DNA of 64,000 nucleotides from an uncultured Solirubrobacterales bacterium (lineage in GTDB: Bacteria > Actinomycetota > Thermoleophilia > Solirubrobacterales > Solirubrobacteraceae). The position numbers were made by a program, and so were the translations under genes. The stretch's first letter is position 1. Every line of letters begins with the position of its first letter. This document shows, in pieces, positions 1 to 8,966 of this stretch. The stretch covers positions 217,371 to 281,370 of the forward strand of contig CAWIDF010000008.1 of NCBI GenBank assembly GCA_963834885.1, written 5' to 3'. The notes below the pieces were generated by a model. The model saw only the letters and a list, made by a program, of their open reading frames with translations. It did no database searches and had not been told where the DNA came from.

Positions 1-497
1 TCGCCGCGGCGTCGGGGCGGGCGATGCTGGCCTATTGGTCGGAGGAGGAGGTCGCGGCGCTGCACGAGGGCTGCGAGCTCGTGACCCCGACCGGGCGGCG
101 GCTCGAGGGGCTGGAGGAGCTGTTGGGCATTCTGCGCGAGGCGCGCCGGCGCGGTTACGCGGAGAACATCGACGAGACCTCGCTCGGGCTGCACTGCCTG
201 GCGGTGCCCGTCGGCCCGCCGGGGCGGGTGGTGGCGGCGATCACGCTGTGCGTTCCGTCGGGGCGGATGAGTGCCGCGCGCCGGCGCGAGATGCTCCCCG
301 ACCTGCTGCGCGCGGCGCGGGAGATCGTGCCCCATCCGGGGAGTGGGGGCGACGGCCACCGCCCGCTCGATGGCGATCCGGCCCCGGCAGACGATACTTC
401 ACCAAATCAATCAAGTAAGTTAGCAACTTTAGGTGCGTCGATCACGCGCAAACGCGGACGGCGCCGGCCCGATCCCAACAGAAAGGTGGCTCAATGA
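1..497 (+). CDS. IclR-family transcriptional regulator, C-terminal effector domain (5' truncated by window edge)
   Basis: Frame open from window start: ASGRAMLAY...REARRRGYAENIDETSLGLHCLAVPV...VVAAITL matches the IclR C-terminal pattern; about 55 aa low-complexity tail follows. Confidence 0.85.
   Translation, partial: AAASGRAMLAYWSEEEVAALHEGCELVTPTGRRLEGLEELLGILREARRRGYAENIDETSLGLHCLAVPVGPPGRVVAAITLCVPSGRMSAARRREMLPDLLRAAREIVPHPGSGGDGHRPLDGDPAPADDTSPNQSSKLATLGASITRKRGRRRPDPNRKVAQ
395..432 (+). promoter_or_regulatory. AT-rich putative promoter/operator of the ABC operon; inverted repeat AAGTT-AGC-AACTT (417-429)
   Basis: AT-rich patch in high-GC DNA about 60 nt upstream of the SBP start; TAAGTT (416-421) fits TANNNT. 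Confidence 0.4.
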
Positions 498-2191
498 GTC
501 GCAGCAACAGCGAGCTGGACCGGCTCCGCAGCGGGCGCACCGAGCTCGAGAACCACTACATCGACGAGCTGGTGTCGGGGAACCTGAGCCGGCGCGACTT
601 CTTGCGGCGCGGAAGCACGATCGGCATGTCGATTCCGCTCCTGGGCGCGATTCTGGCCGCGTGCGGTGGCGGCTCGTCGAGCTCGGCGTCGTCCTCGGGC
701 GGTGCGAGCACGGCCTCTGCTCCCCCGACCAAGGGCGGAACACTGCGCGTCGCGTCCGTCACCCCTGCCGCCGCGGTGAACCCGCTGACGATCGCCGACG
801 CCGGCGGCCTCACGATGATCAACCAGACCGGCGAGTTCCTGATCTTCGACTCGAACCTGAAGCTCGCGCTCCAGCCGATGCTCGCGTTGAGCTGGACGCC
901 GAACACGGACGGCAGCGTGTGGACGTTCAAGCTGCGCCAGGGGGTGACGTTCCACAACGGCGCGGCGATGACCGCCGACGACGTCGTCTGGACGTTCCAA
1001 CAACTCTCAGACCCAAAAAACGCCTCATCCGCGCTGTCGACATTCGCCGGGGTGCTCACGCCGGCGGGGGTCAAGAAGGTCGATGCGTCGACGGTCGAGT
1101 TCCACCTCGAGGCGCCGAACGCGAACTTCCCGTACTTCGTCTCCTCGGACAACTACGGCGCGATCATCGTTCCGAAGGGAACCGACTACGGCAAGTGGCA
1201 GACCACGTTCGTCGGAACTGGTGCGTTCAAGCTCGGGAGCTACACCCAGAACGTGGGTGCGACCTTCGTGCCCAATCCCAATTACTGGGGGACGAAACCG
1301 CTGCTCGCCTCGACCAGCTTCAAGTTCTACTCGAGCCAAGCGCCGATGTTTCTTGCGCTCCAGGGAAACGATGTCGACGTGATCGCGCAGTTCGCCCCGG
1401 CCGGGGCGGCTGCCATCCTCAACAACCCCACGTACAAGATCATCAAGCTGAAGTCGGCAAACCACCGCGAGCTGTCGATGCGCAACGATCAGGCTCCGTT
1501 CACGGACGCGCGCGTGCGCCAGGCGGTGGCGTACACGCTCGATCGCCCGGGGGCGGTGGCGGCGCTCCTCAGCGGCGACGGTTCGGTGGCAAACGACTAT
1601 CCGTTCGGCCCGCGGTACCCCTCGACCGATACGTCGGTTCCCCAGCGCACCCAGGACATCGCCAAGGCCAAGCAGCTCCTGGCCGCAGCCGGTCACCCGA
1701 ACGGCTTCAGCACCACGCTTCTCACCGAGCAGTATCAGGAGATTCCCGAGCTCGCACAGGTGATCGTGGCCGACGCCGCCAAAGCAGGCATCAAGATCAC
1801 CCCCAAGATCGAGAGCCAGTCCGTCTACTACGGAAAGTTCACGTTCGGCAACTCGGACTGGCTGGATGGCACGATGAGCCTGGTCGACTACGGCGACCGC
1901 GGCGCGCCGAACGTGTACCTGTCGTCGCCGCTGACCTCGAGTGGCGTGTGGAATGCGGCAAGGTTCAAGAACCCTCAGTACGACGGGCTCGTCAAGCAGT
2001 ACGTGGCTGCGCTTGACCTCGCGACCCAGAAGACAATCGCCGGGAAGATCGAGAACCTGCTCCTGGCGGAGACGCCGATTGTCTATCCCTACTGGATCGA
2101 CGGGCTGACCGCGTCGACACAGCAGGTGAACGGCCTCAACCCGACGTCGATCGCTCAGCTGTACCTGAACGCGGCGTACAAGTCTGCCTGA
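494..2191 (+). CDS. ABC transporter substrate-binding protein, family 5 (peptide/opine/nickel), Tat-exported lipoprotein
   Basis: SRRDFLRRG twin-arginine motif, LAAC lipobox, WTFKLRQGVTFHNG family 5 signature, GTGAFKL. Confidence 0.93.
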   Translation: MSRSNSELDRLRSGRTELENHYIDELVSGNLSRRDFLRRGSTIGMSIPLLGAILAACGGGSSSSASSSGGASTASAPPTKGGTLRVASVTPAAAVNPLTIADAGGLTMINQTGEFLIFDSNLKLALQPMLALSWTPNTDGSVWTFKLRQGVTFHNGAAMTADDVVWTFQQLSDPKNASSALSTFAGVLTPAGVKKVDASTVEFHLEAPNANFPYFVSSDNYGAIIVPKGTDYGKWQTTFVGTGAFKLGSYTQNVGATFVPNPNYWGTKPLLASTSFKFYSSQAPMFLALQGNDVDVIAQFAPAGAAAILNNPTYKIIKLKSANHRELSMRNDQAPFTDARVRQAVAYTLDRPGAVAALLSGDGSVANDYPFGPRYPSTDTSVPQRTQDIAKAKQLLAAAGHPNGFSTTLLTEQYQEIPELAQVIVADAAKAGIKITPKIESQSVYYGKFTFGNSDWLDGTMSLVDYGDRGAPNVYLSSPLTSSGVWNAARFKNPQYDGLVKQYVAALDLATQKTIAGKIENLLLAETPIVYPYWIDGLTASTQQVNGLNPTSIAQLYLNAAYKSA

Positions 2192-2210
2192 GCCCGGATT
2201 CCGCACGAGC

Positions 2211-3152
2211 ATGGCCAGGTTCATCCTCAAGCGACTCGGTCTCGCGCTGATCACGCTGTGGATCCTGAGCGTGATCGTGTTCGTGCTGGGTCAGGTACTA
2301 CCCAGCGATCCCGGAAGAGCGGTGCTTGGGCCGCTCGCGGATCCTCGCGCCGTGAAGGCCCTCGACCACCAACTGGGTGTCGACAAGCCATTGCTGACCC
2401 AATACTGGAACTGGATCACGAACTTCCCCGGAACCTCGACGCAGTACCAGGGGCCGATCGGGCCGATCCTTGGCCCCGCGCTCGGCCGCTCGATAAAGCT
2501 CGCGATCTTTGCGTTCATCATCGTCGTGCCACTCGGGATCTTCGGGGGGGTGGTGTCGGCCCTGAACTACGGAAAGCCGATCGATCGGACGATCAGCATC
2601 GTGGGGCAGTCGGTGTTGACCATCCCGGAGTTCGTATCGGGGATCATTCTCATCGTTGTATTTGCGGTCGAGCTGAAATGGTTACCCGTATCGGCCACGG
2701 CACCGCCGGGCTCCGGGTTCTTCACCCAGCTCAAATACCTGATCCTGCCCGTGATCCCCTTGGTGTTGGTCCTGTTCGGTTACATCGCGAGGATGGCCAG
2801 GGTGGGGACCGTGGAGGCACTCGAGTCCGACTATGCCCGCACCGCGATCCTCAAGGGCCTGCCGCGGGGCGTTGTGGTCCGGCGCCACATCCTGCGTAAC
2901 TCACTGCTGCCGACGATCACCGTGGTCGCGACTCAGACCGGTTACCTGATCGGCGGGCTGGTCGTGATCGAGACGCTGTTCCGCTACAACGGCATCGGCC
3001 TGCTCACGTACAACGCGGCCAACCAGCACGACATCCCGATGCTCGAGGCGTGCGTGCTGACGATCGGCGTCGTGTACATGGTGGTTACGCTGATTGCGGA
3101 CATTTCGTTCTCGCTGCTCAATCCCCGCATCCGGCTGAAGGCGGCCGAGTGA
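2211..3152 (+). CDS. ABC transporter permease (DppB/OppB-like)
   Basis: FILKRLGLALITL N-terminus; DYARTAILKGL...HILRNSL EAA loop. Confidence 0.93.
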   Translation: MARFILKRLGLALITLWILSVIVFVLGQVLPSDPGRAVLGPLADPRAVKALDHQLGVDKPLLTQYWNWITNFPGTSTQYQGPIGPILGPALGRSIKLAIFAFIIVVPLGIFGGVVSALNYGKPIDRTISIVGQSVLTIPEFVSGIILIVVFAVELKWLPVSATAPPGSGFFTQLKYLILPVIPLVLVLFGYIARMARVGTVEALESDYARTAILKGLPRGVVVRRHILRNSLLPTITVVATQTGYLIGGLVVIETLFRYNGIGLLTYNAANQHDIPMLEACVLTIGVVYMVVTLIADISFSLLNPRIRLKAAE

Positions 3153-4036
3153 GCATCGTCGACGTACCCGTCGAGTCAACCGGCGCGCTCCAGGCCGGTC
3201 GACGGGAGGTCCGCGCCGATCTGCTGCGCGAGCTGTTGCACTCGCCGATGTTCATGATCGGCGCGATCGTGCTGCTGTTCTGGATCGCGTGCGCGATCTT
3301 CGGGCCGACCATCGCGCCGCACGACCCGCTGGCGCAGAACCTCGAGGCGATCAACCGGTCGCCCTCCTCGTCTCACTGGTTCGGCACCGACCAGCTCGGC
3401 CGCGACGTGTTCTCGCGCGTGATCGTGGGTGTGAGGGACGTGATGATCATCGCGCCGCTCGCGACGCTGCTCGGAACGGTGCTGGGAACGATCCTCGGAA
3501 TGCTGATGGGCTATTACCGCGGCCTGGTTGACGACACACTCGGGCGGTTCGTCGAGGCGTTCCTCGCGTTGCCGCTGGTCGTGACGGGGTTGATCGCGCT
3601 GTCGACCCTGGGTCGCTCGAACCTGGTGCTGATCCTCGTGATCGGGGTTCTGTTCACGCCGCTGATCGCGCGCACGGTGCGCGCCGCGGTGCTCCTCGAA
3701 CGCGAGCTCGACTACGTGTCCGCGGCGCGCCTGCGCGGCGAGCGCGGCCCGTACATCATGTTCGTCGAGATCCTGCCCAACGTGTTCGCGCCGATCATGG
3801 TCGAGTTCACGGTGCGCCTGGCCTATGCCATCTTCGCCATCCTCACCCTGACATTCCTGGGGGTCGGCGTCCAGCCGCCGTCGGCCGACTGGGCGCTGGA
3901 CATCTCCGCTAACTTCGGTGTGGTGCCGGCGGGGTATTGGTGGGAGGTCACGTTCGACGCGATCGCGATCATCACGCTGATCGTTGCGGTGACGCTGATC
4001 TCCGACTCGATCCAGGCGACCCTGGAGGACCAGTGA
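3149..4036 (+). CDS. ABC transporter permease (DppC/OppC-like)
   Basis: HWFGTDQLGRDVFSR; DYVSAARLRGE...EILPN; GTG start overlaps upstream TGA. Confidence 0.93.
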   Translation: MSIVDVPVESTGALQAGRREVRADLLRELLHSPMFMIGAIVLLFWIACAIFGPTIAPHDPLAQNLEAINRSPSSSHWFGTDQLGRDVFSRVIVGVRDVMIIAPLATLLGTVLGTILGMLMGYYRGLVDDTLGRFVEAFLALPLVVTGLIALSTLGRSNLVLILVIGVLFTPLIARTVRAAVLLERELDYVSAARLRGERGPYIMFVEILPNVFAPIMVEFTVRLAYAIFAILTLTFLGVGVQPPSADWALDISANFGVVPAGYWWEVTFDAIAIITLIVAVTLISDSIQATLEDQ

Positions 4037-6117
4037 GTACCGCCGCGGACACACCGGCGCAAGGCGCGGTGGACACCCCGCCGCAGGACGCGCTGAGGCT
4101 CGAGGACGTTGACATCACCTATCGCGTGCGAGGACGCGATCTGGTCACGGTGCACGACGTCTCGTTCCGGGTCGGCCGGGGCGAGTCATACGGTCTGGTC
4201 GGGGAGTCGGGCTCGGGCAAGTCGACGATCGCGCTGGCCATCGTCCGCTATCTGGCGCGCAACGGCCGGGTCAGCCGGGGCGGGATCGCGATCGACGGCC
4301 GCGACGTGTTAGCGATGAACCAGGGCGAGCTGCGCCGGCTGCGTCAGAACACCGTCTCAATGGTCTACCAGGAGCCCGGGCGTGCGCTGAACCCGACGCT
4401 CCGCGTCGGGCTGCAGGTGGCCGAGGTGTTCGAGATCGCGGGCGAGGGCAAGGCGCAGGCGCTCGACCGCGCGGAGCAGATGCTGGAGAAGGTGCGTATC
4501 TCGGACCCGGCCGGCGTCATGAACCGTTACCCGCACCAGCTGTCGGGAGGCATGCTCCAGCGAGTCGTGATCGCGATGGCGCTGGCCTCCGACCCCACAC
4601 TGCTGATCCTCGACGAGGCGACGACGGCGCTCGACGCCACCGTCGAGGCCGAGGTGCTCGACCTGGTCACCGCGCTGCGCGCAGAGTTCCACACCTCGCT
4701 GTTGGTGATCAGCCACAACCTGGCCGTGATCTCCAAGATGTGCGACCGCGTCGGCGTGCTGTACGGCGGCGAATTGATGGAAGAGGGCCCGGCTCAGGAC
4801 CTCCTCCACGACCCGCGCAACCCGTACACGGTTGGCCTGCTGCGCTGCATTCCACGCCGGGACACGGTCAAGACGACTCACACGCTCGACACCATCCCGG
4901 GTTTCCCGCCGTCGCCGGGCGAGGTCGAGCACGGCTGCGTGTTTGCCGACCGGTGCGGCCTGGTCCAGCAGCGCTGCCGCGACGAAGACCCTCCCCTCTA
5001 TGACGCCGGGTCGGGCCGACAGTCCCGGTGTCACTTCTGGGAGATCGCGCAGACTCTCCCGCGCGTGGTCAGTCCGGTGCCCGAGCCCGCGGCGGTGCGT
5101 CCCGGCGAGGGCGAGATTCTGGTCAGTGCCGAGGACGTCTCGAAGACGTTCCACATGGAGGGCGAGACGATCCACGGCCTGGTCGACGTGAGTCTCGAGG
5201 TGCGGGCGGGCGAGACGCTCGGGCTGGTCGGCGAATCGGGGAGTGGCAAGACCACGCTGGCGCGCGTCCTGCTCGGACTGACCGAACCCGACAAGGGAGC
5301 GACCCTGGAGATCCAGGGCACACGGCTGCCGGAGCACGCGGGCCGGCGCACGCGCGATCAGCGGAAGTCGCTGCAGATCGTGTTCCAGAATCCGGACTCG
5401 GCCCTGAATCGCCGTCACTCCATCCGGCGACTGCTGTCGCGCTCGCTGTCCAAGCTGGGCGGCTACAGCGGCGATGCGCTGCTGAGCCGGCTGAAGGCGC
5501 TGCTGTCCGAGGTTCGGCTGGCCGATCGCTACCTGCCGATGCGGCCCGGGCAGCTGTCGGGCGGGCTCAAGCAGCGCGTCGCGATCGCCCGGGCGTTCGC
5601 CGGCGATCCCAAGATCGTGGTGTGCGACGAGCCGACCTCGGCGCTCGATGTGTCGGTCCAGGCGGCGATCCTGAACCTCCTGAACGACCTCCAACGCAGA
5701 GAGCAGGTGAGTTACCTGTTCATCAGCCACGACCTCGGCGTGGTGCGCTATCTCTCGGACCGGATCGCGGTTCTGTACCTCGGGCGGATCATGGAGCTCG
5801 GGTCCGCCGAGCAGGTGTTCAACGCGCCGCACCATCCGTACACCGAGGCGCTGCTGTCGGCCGTGCCCACGCTTGAGAACGGCGGCGCCAAGCGCGACCG
5901 GATCAAGCTCGAGGGTGAGATCCCGAGCGCGGCGAACCCGCCCACCGGGTGCGTGTTTCACACTCGCTGTCCGCGGTTCCTGGGCGACATCTGCGTGAAC
6001 ACGGAGCCGCCACTCGCGGAGGAAGAGCCCGGCCATTCCATCCGCTGTCACATCCCCCTCGAGGAGCTCCGGCGCCTCCAGGGCGAGGAGGTCTCGGTTG
6101 CCGGCGCCGGCGACTGA
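4033..6117 (+). CDS. ABC transporter ATP-binding protein, fused DppD/DppF (two NBDs)
   Basis: Two Walker A ([16 protein letters not shown]), signatures LSGGM/LSGGL, two HPY/NPY-Cys C-terminal domains; GTG start overlaps upstream stop. Confidence 0.95.
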   Translation: MSTAADTPAQGAVDTPPQDALRLEDVDITYRVRGRDLVTVHDVSFRVGRGESYGLVGESGSGKSTIALAIVRYLARNGRVSRGGIAIDGRDVLAMNQGELRRLRQNTVSMVYQEPGRALNPTLRVGLQVAEVFEIAGEGKAQALDRAEQMLEKVRISDPAGVMNRYPHQLSGGMLQRVVIAMALASDPTLLILDEATTALDATVEAEVLDLVTALRAEFHTSLLVISHNLAVISKMCDRVGVLYGGELMEEGPAQDLLHDPRNPYTVGLLRCIPRRDTVKTTHTLDTIPGFPPSPGEVEHGCVFADRCGLVQQRCRDEDPPLYDAGSGRQSRCHFWEIAQTLPRVVSPVPEPAAVRPGEGEILVSAEDVSKTFHMEGETIHGLVDVSLEVRAGETLGLVGESGSGKTTLARVLLGLTEPDKGATLEIQGTRLPEHAGRRTRDQRKSLQIVFQNPDSALNRRHSIRRLLSRSLSKLGGYSGDALLSRLKALLSEVRLADRYLPMRPGQLSGGLKQRVAIARAFAGDPKIVVCDEPTSALDVSVQAAILNLLNDLQRREQVSYLFISHDLGVVRYLSDRIAVLYLGRIMELGSAEQVFNAPHHPYTEALLSAVPTLENGGAKRDRIKLEGEIPSAANPPTGCVFHTRCPRFLGDICVNTEPPLAEEEPGHSIRCHIPLEELRRLQGEEVSVAGAGD

Positions 6118-7294
6118 CGTGGTCTCGGCCGCGCCGGGGACTGCGGCGACCCCGGCGGCGGCGATCGAGATGCGCGCCGCAGTCCTGCGCGAGCCCGGCC
6201 GGCCCGTGGCCGTGGAGACCGTGCTGCTGGCGCCGCCGCGCCGGGGCGAGGTGCTCGTGCGGGTGGTAGCCGCCGGGGTGTGCCACTCCGACGTGCGCCT
6301 GGCCGACGGCGCGCTCGGCGGCGGGCGCTGGCCGATGGTGCTCGGGCACGAGGGCGCCGGCGTGGTCGAAGCGGTCGGCGAGGACGTGATCGACCTCGTT
6401 CCGGGTGACCACGTCGCGTTCTGCTTCGTGCCCTCGTGCGGCGCCTGCGCCGCGTGCCGGTCCGGGCGCCCGACGCTGTGCGAAACGGCCGGTCGTCACG
6501 GCGTCGCCGGGATGCTGATGGACGGCACCTCGCGGCTGCGCACGCCGGACGGCGCGGTGCTCCAGCACGGCCTGATGGCGGCGTGCTTTGCCGAGCACGC
6601 GGTCGTTCCGCTGGCGGGGGCGGTGCGGTTGCCGGCGGAGATCCCGCTGTGGCAGGCCGCGCTGCTCGGCTGCGGGGTGGTGACCGGGATCGGGGCGGTC
6701 AACCTGGCGCAGCTCCGCGTGGGCGCGCACGTGTGCGTGATTGGGTGCGGCGGCGTCGGGCAGCAGGTGATCGCCGGCGCGCGGCTGGCCGGCGCGGGGA
6801 TGATCGTGGCCGTCGACGCCGACGAGACGAAGCTCGAGCTCGCGCGGCGGCGCGGCGCGACGCACGCGGTGCGCGCAGGCGCGGGCGCCCATGTCGTCGA
6901 GGAGGTACGTGCCATCTCTGGTGGCGGAGTCGAGCGCGCATTCGAGGTGGTCGGCGCCGCGACCACGATCCGCCAGGCCTGGGATGTGCTCCGCCCAGGC
7001 GGCACGGCGATCGTCGTCGGCCTGGCGCCGGCCGGGGTCGAGGTGTCGCTGCCCGCGATCGAGTTCCTGAGCGAGAAGACGATCACCGGCTGCTACTACG
7101 GCTCGGCCGACGTCCACGCCGCGCTCGGCCAGCTCGCCCAGCTCGTGGTCGACGGCCGGCTCTCGGTCGCCGATGTGGTCACGGACCTGATCGGGCTCGA
7201 TGACGTCGAGGAGGCGCTGGGCCGCCTGCGCCGCGGCGAGGGCGGGCGCTCGGTGATCGTGATCGACGAGGAGCTCGCCGGGGTGGCGCGGTGA
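6098..7294 (+). CDS. Zn-dependent alcohol dehydrogenase (MDR family, class III-like)
   Basis: GVCHSD, GHEGAG, structural Zn CGACAACRSGRPTLC, GCGGVG; TTG start with GAGGAGGT SD (alternative ATG 6170). Confidence 0.92.
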   Translation: MPAPATDVVSAAPGTAATPAAAIEMRAAVLREPGRPVAVETVLLAPPRRGEVLVRVVAAGVCHSDVRLADGALGGGRWPMVLGHEGAGVVEAVGEDVIDLVPGDHVAFCFVPSCGACAACRSGRPTLCETAGRHGVAGMLMDGTSRLRTPDGAVLQHGLMAACFAEHAVVPLAGAVRLPAEIPLWQAALLGCGVVTGIGAVNLAQLRVGAHVCVIGCGGVGQQVIAGARLAGAGMIVAVDADETKLELARRRGATHAVRAGAGAHVVEEVRAISGGGVERAFEVVGAATTIRQAWDVLRPGGTAIVVGLAPAGVEVSLPAIEFLSEKTITGCYYGSADVHAALGQLAQLVVDGRLSVADVVTDLIGLDDVEEALGRLRRGEGGRSVIVIDEELAGVAR

Positions 7295-7836
7295 ACTGGA
7301 ACGAGCAGTTGGCGCGCCGGCTCGACGGGCAGATCGGCGAGGGGTGGGGCGGGAAGCCGGGTCCCGATGGCTGCCACGTGAACGTGGTCCTGGGTGTCCG
7401 TGGGACGCCCACCGCCGCCTCGATCATCGGCACGTTCACCACGCCGTCCCCGGGCCACACGCCGATCCTCGTGGTCGTCGGCGAGAGCCAGGACAGCTAC
7501 GAGCCGGTATGGCCGCCGACGGTCATGATCAACAAGGCCACGGCGCTCGACGACCGCCATCAGACGATCACCTGGGGCGCGGGGCAGCTGGGGATCGCGC
7601 AGGGCGTGCTCGACGCGGTGGCGGACGGGCTGATTCCGCCGAGCGGCGACCTCGTCGTGCTCGTTTGCGTATGGATCGACCCCGGCGCGTCGGACGAGAC
7701 GGCCGTGCGGGCGGCCGCTCGGGTGGCCACGCGGAATGCGCTCGGCGTGGCGGTTCGCGGCCGGGAGCTCGGGGCTGCGAAGGCGCTGGTGGAACGGCGC
7801 GATTCCGTGACCAGCCCGTTCTACGAGGGGTCGTAA
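7291..7836 (+). CDS. fae: Formaldehyde-activating enzyme (Fae / H4MPT hydro-lyase) family protein
   Basis: By-eye colinear match to M. extorquens Fae: IGEG..CHVNVVLGVRGTP (VGEA..AHIDLIIGPRGSP), PPTVMINKAT (PNTLMFNKVT), GAGQLGIAQGVLDAVADGLIP ([21 protein letters not shown]), VLVCVWI (VLVGVFI), terminal SPF (HPF). Confidence 0.85.
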   Translation: MNWNEQLARRLDGQIGEGWGGKPGPDGCHVNVVLGVRGTPTAASIIGTFTTPSPGHTPILVVVGESQDSYEPVWPPTVMINKATALDDRHQTITWGAGQLGIAQGVLDAVADGLIPPSGDLVVLVCVWIDPGASDETAVRAAARVATRNALGVAVRGRELGAAKALVERRDSVTSPFYEGS

Positions 7837-7838
7837 GC

Positions 7839-8966
7839 TTGCGGATAACGGCGATCCGGCTCCAGCGGTTGACGCTGCCGCTGGACCCTCCGTTCTACGC
7901 CGCCTGGGACCCGGTGCCGCGGCGCACGTTCGACGCCACGATCGTGCGCGTGGAGACCGACGCCGGCCTGACCGGGATCGGCAGCGGGGACACCATGGCC
8001 GGCTTTGATGACTATTTTCGGTTGTTCGTGGGCCGGGACCCCCTCGCCGTTGCCCGGCACGCACGAACGCTGGAGACGGTCTCGTTTCACGGCGGGCGCT
8101 TCTGGCCGTTCGAGGCGGCCCTGTGGGACCTGCTCGGGCAGGCGTGCGGCGTGCCCGTGGCCACCCTGCTCGGGGGCTCCGCATCTGCGATACCGGCCTA
8201 CGCCTCGTGGGGCGAGTTGCGCGACCCCGGCCGGCGCGCCGAGGACGCGCACGCGCTGGTGGAGGAGGGCTTTCGCGCGGTCAAGGTAAGGATCGCGCGC
8301 GGGCGGCTCGACGAGGGAATCGCCGTCGTGGCGGCGATCCGGGCGGCGGTCGGCGACGCCCTCGAGATCATGGTCGACCTCAACCAGTGGTGGCGGATGG
8401 CGGGCGACATCGCGCCCCGGAACGGACCGGTCGACGCGCGGCGCGTGATCGAGCGCCTGCGTTCCCACGGCGTGGTGTGGATCGAGGAGCCACTGCCGGG
8501 CGAGGACCTGCGGGGCATGCGGACGCTGCGCGATCAGACCGGCGTAAGGGTCGGCGGCGGCGAGATGGCGCGTACGTTCGAGGAGCTGCGCCTCGCGCTC
8601 GAGGAGGATGCGCTCGACGTGTTCCAGCCCGACGTCGTGCTCGCCCTCGGGATCTCGGGCGCGCGCACGCTGGCCGAACTCGCGCTGCGGCGCAACCGGT
8701 GGTTCACGCCGCACACCTGGACGAACGGGATCGGGCTGCTGGCCAACCTGCACGTGTGTGCCGGCGTGGGCGGCGGGCCGTTCCTCGAGTTTCCCTACGA
8801 CCCGCCCGGATGGACGCCGGACCGGCGCGACTTCATGCTCGACACGCCGCTGGGGTTGTCGGGTGACGGGGTCGTCCGCGTGCCGGACGCCCCGGGGCTC
8901 GGCGTGGTCCTCGATGAGGAGGCGGTCGAGTTCTACGCCGAGGCGGAGCAGGCGGTGCGGGGCTGA
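7839..8966 (+). CDS. Enolase superfamily, mandelate racemase-subgroup enzyme (acid-sugar dehydratase/racemase-like)
   Basis: TTG start 2 nt after fae stop; EAALWDLLGQ, KVR, metal ligands VDLNQ / WIEEP / GGEM, QPD and PHTW (His-Asp dyad). Confidence 0.88.
   Translation: MRITAIRLQRLTLPLDPPFYAAWDPVPRRTFDATIVRVETDAGLTGIGSGDTMAGFDDYFRLFVGRDPLAVARHARTLETVSFHGGRFWPFEAALWDLLGQACGVPVATLLGGSASAIPAYASWGELRDPGRRAEDAHALVEEGFRAVKVRIARGRLDEGIAVVAAIRAAVGDALEIMVDLNQWWRMAGDIAPRNGPVDARRVIERLRSHGVVWIEEPLPGEDLRGMRTLRDQTGVRVGGGEMARTFEELRLALEEDALDVFQPDVVLALGISGARTLAELALRRNRWFTPHTWTNGIGLLANLHVCAGVGGGPFLEFPYDPPGWTPDRRDFMLDTPLGLSGDGVVRVPDAPGLGVVLDEEAVEFYAEAEQAVRG

Noticed and set aside
7344-7838. Apparent 165-aa N-terminal extension of the enolase ORF (7344-8966)
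   Set aside because: Overlaps the fae gene in another frame; low-complexity Arg/Gly/Pro shadow translation; homology starts at TTG 7839
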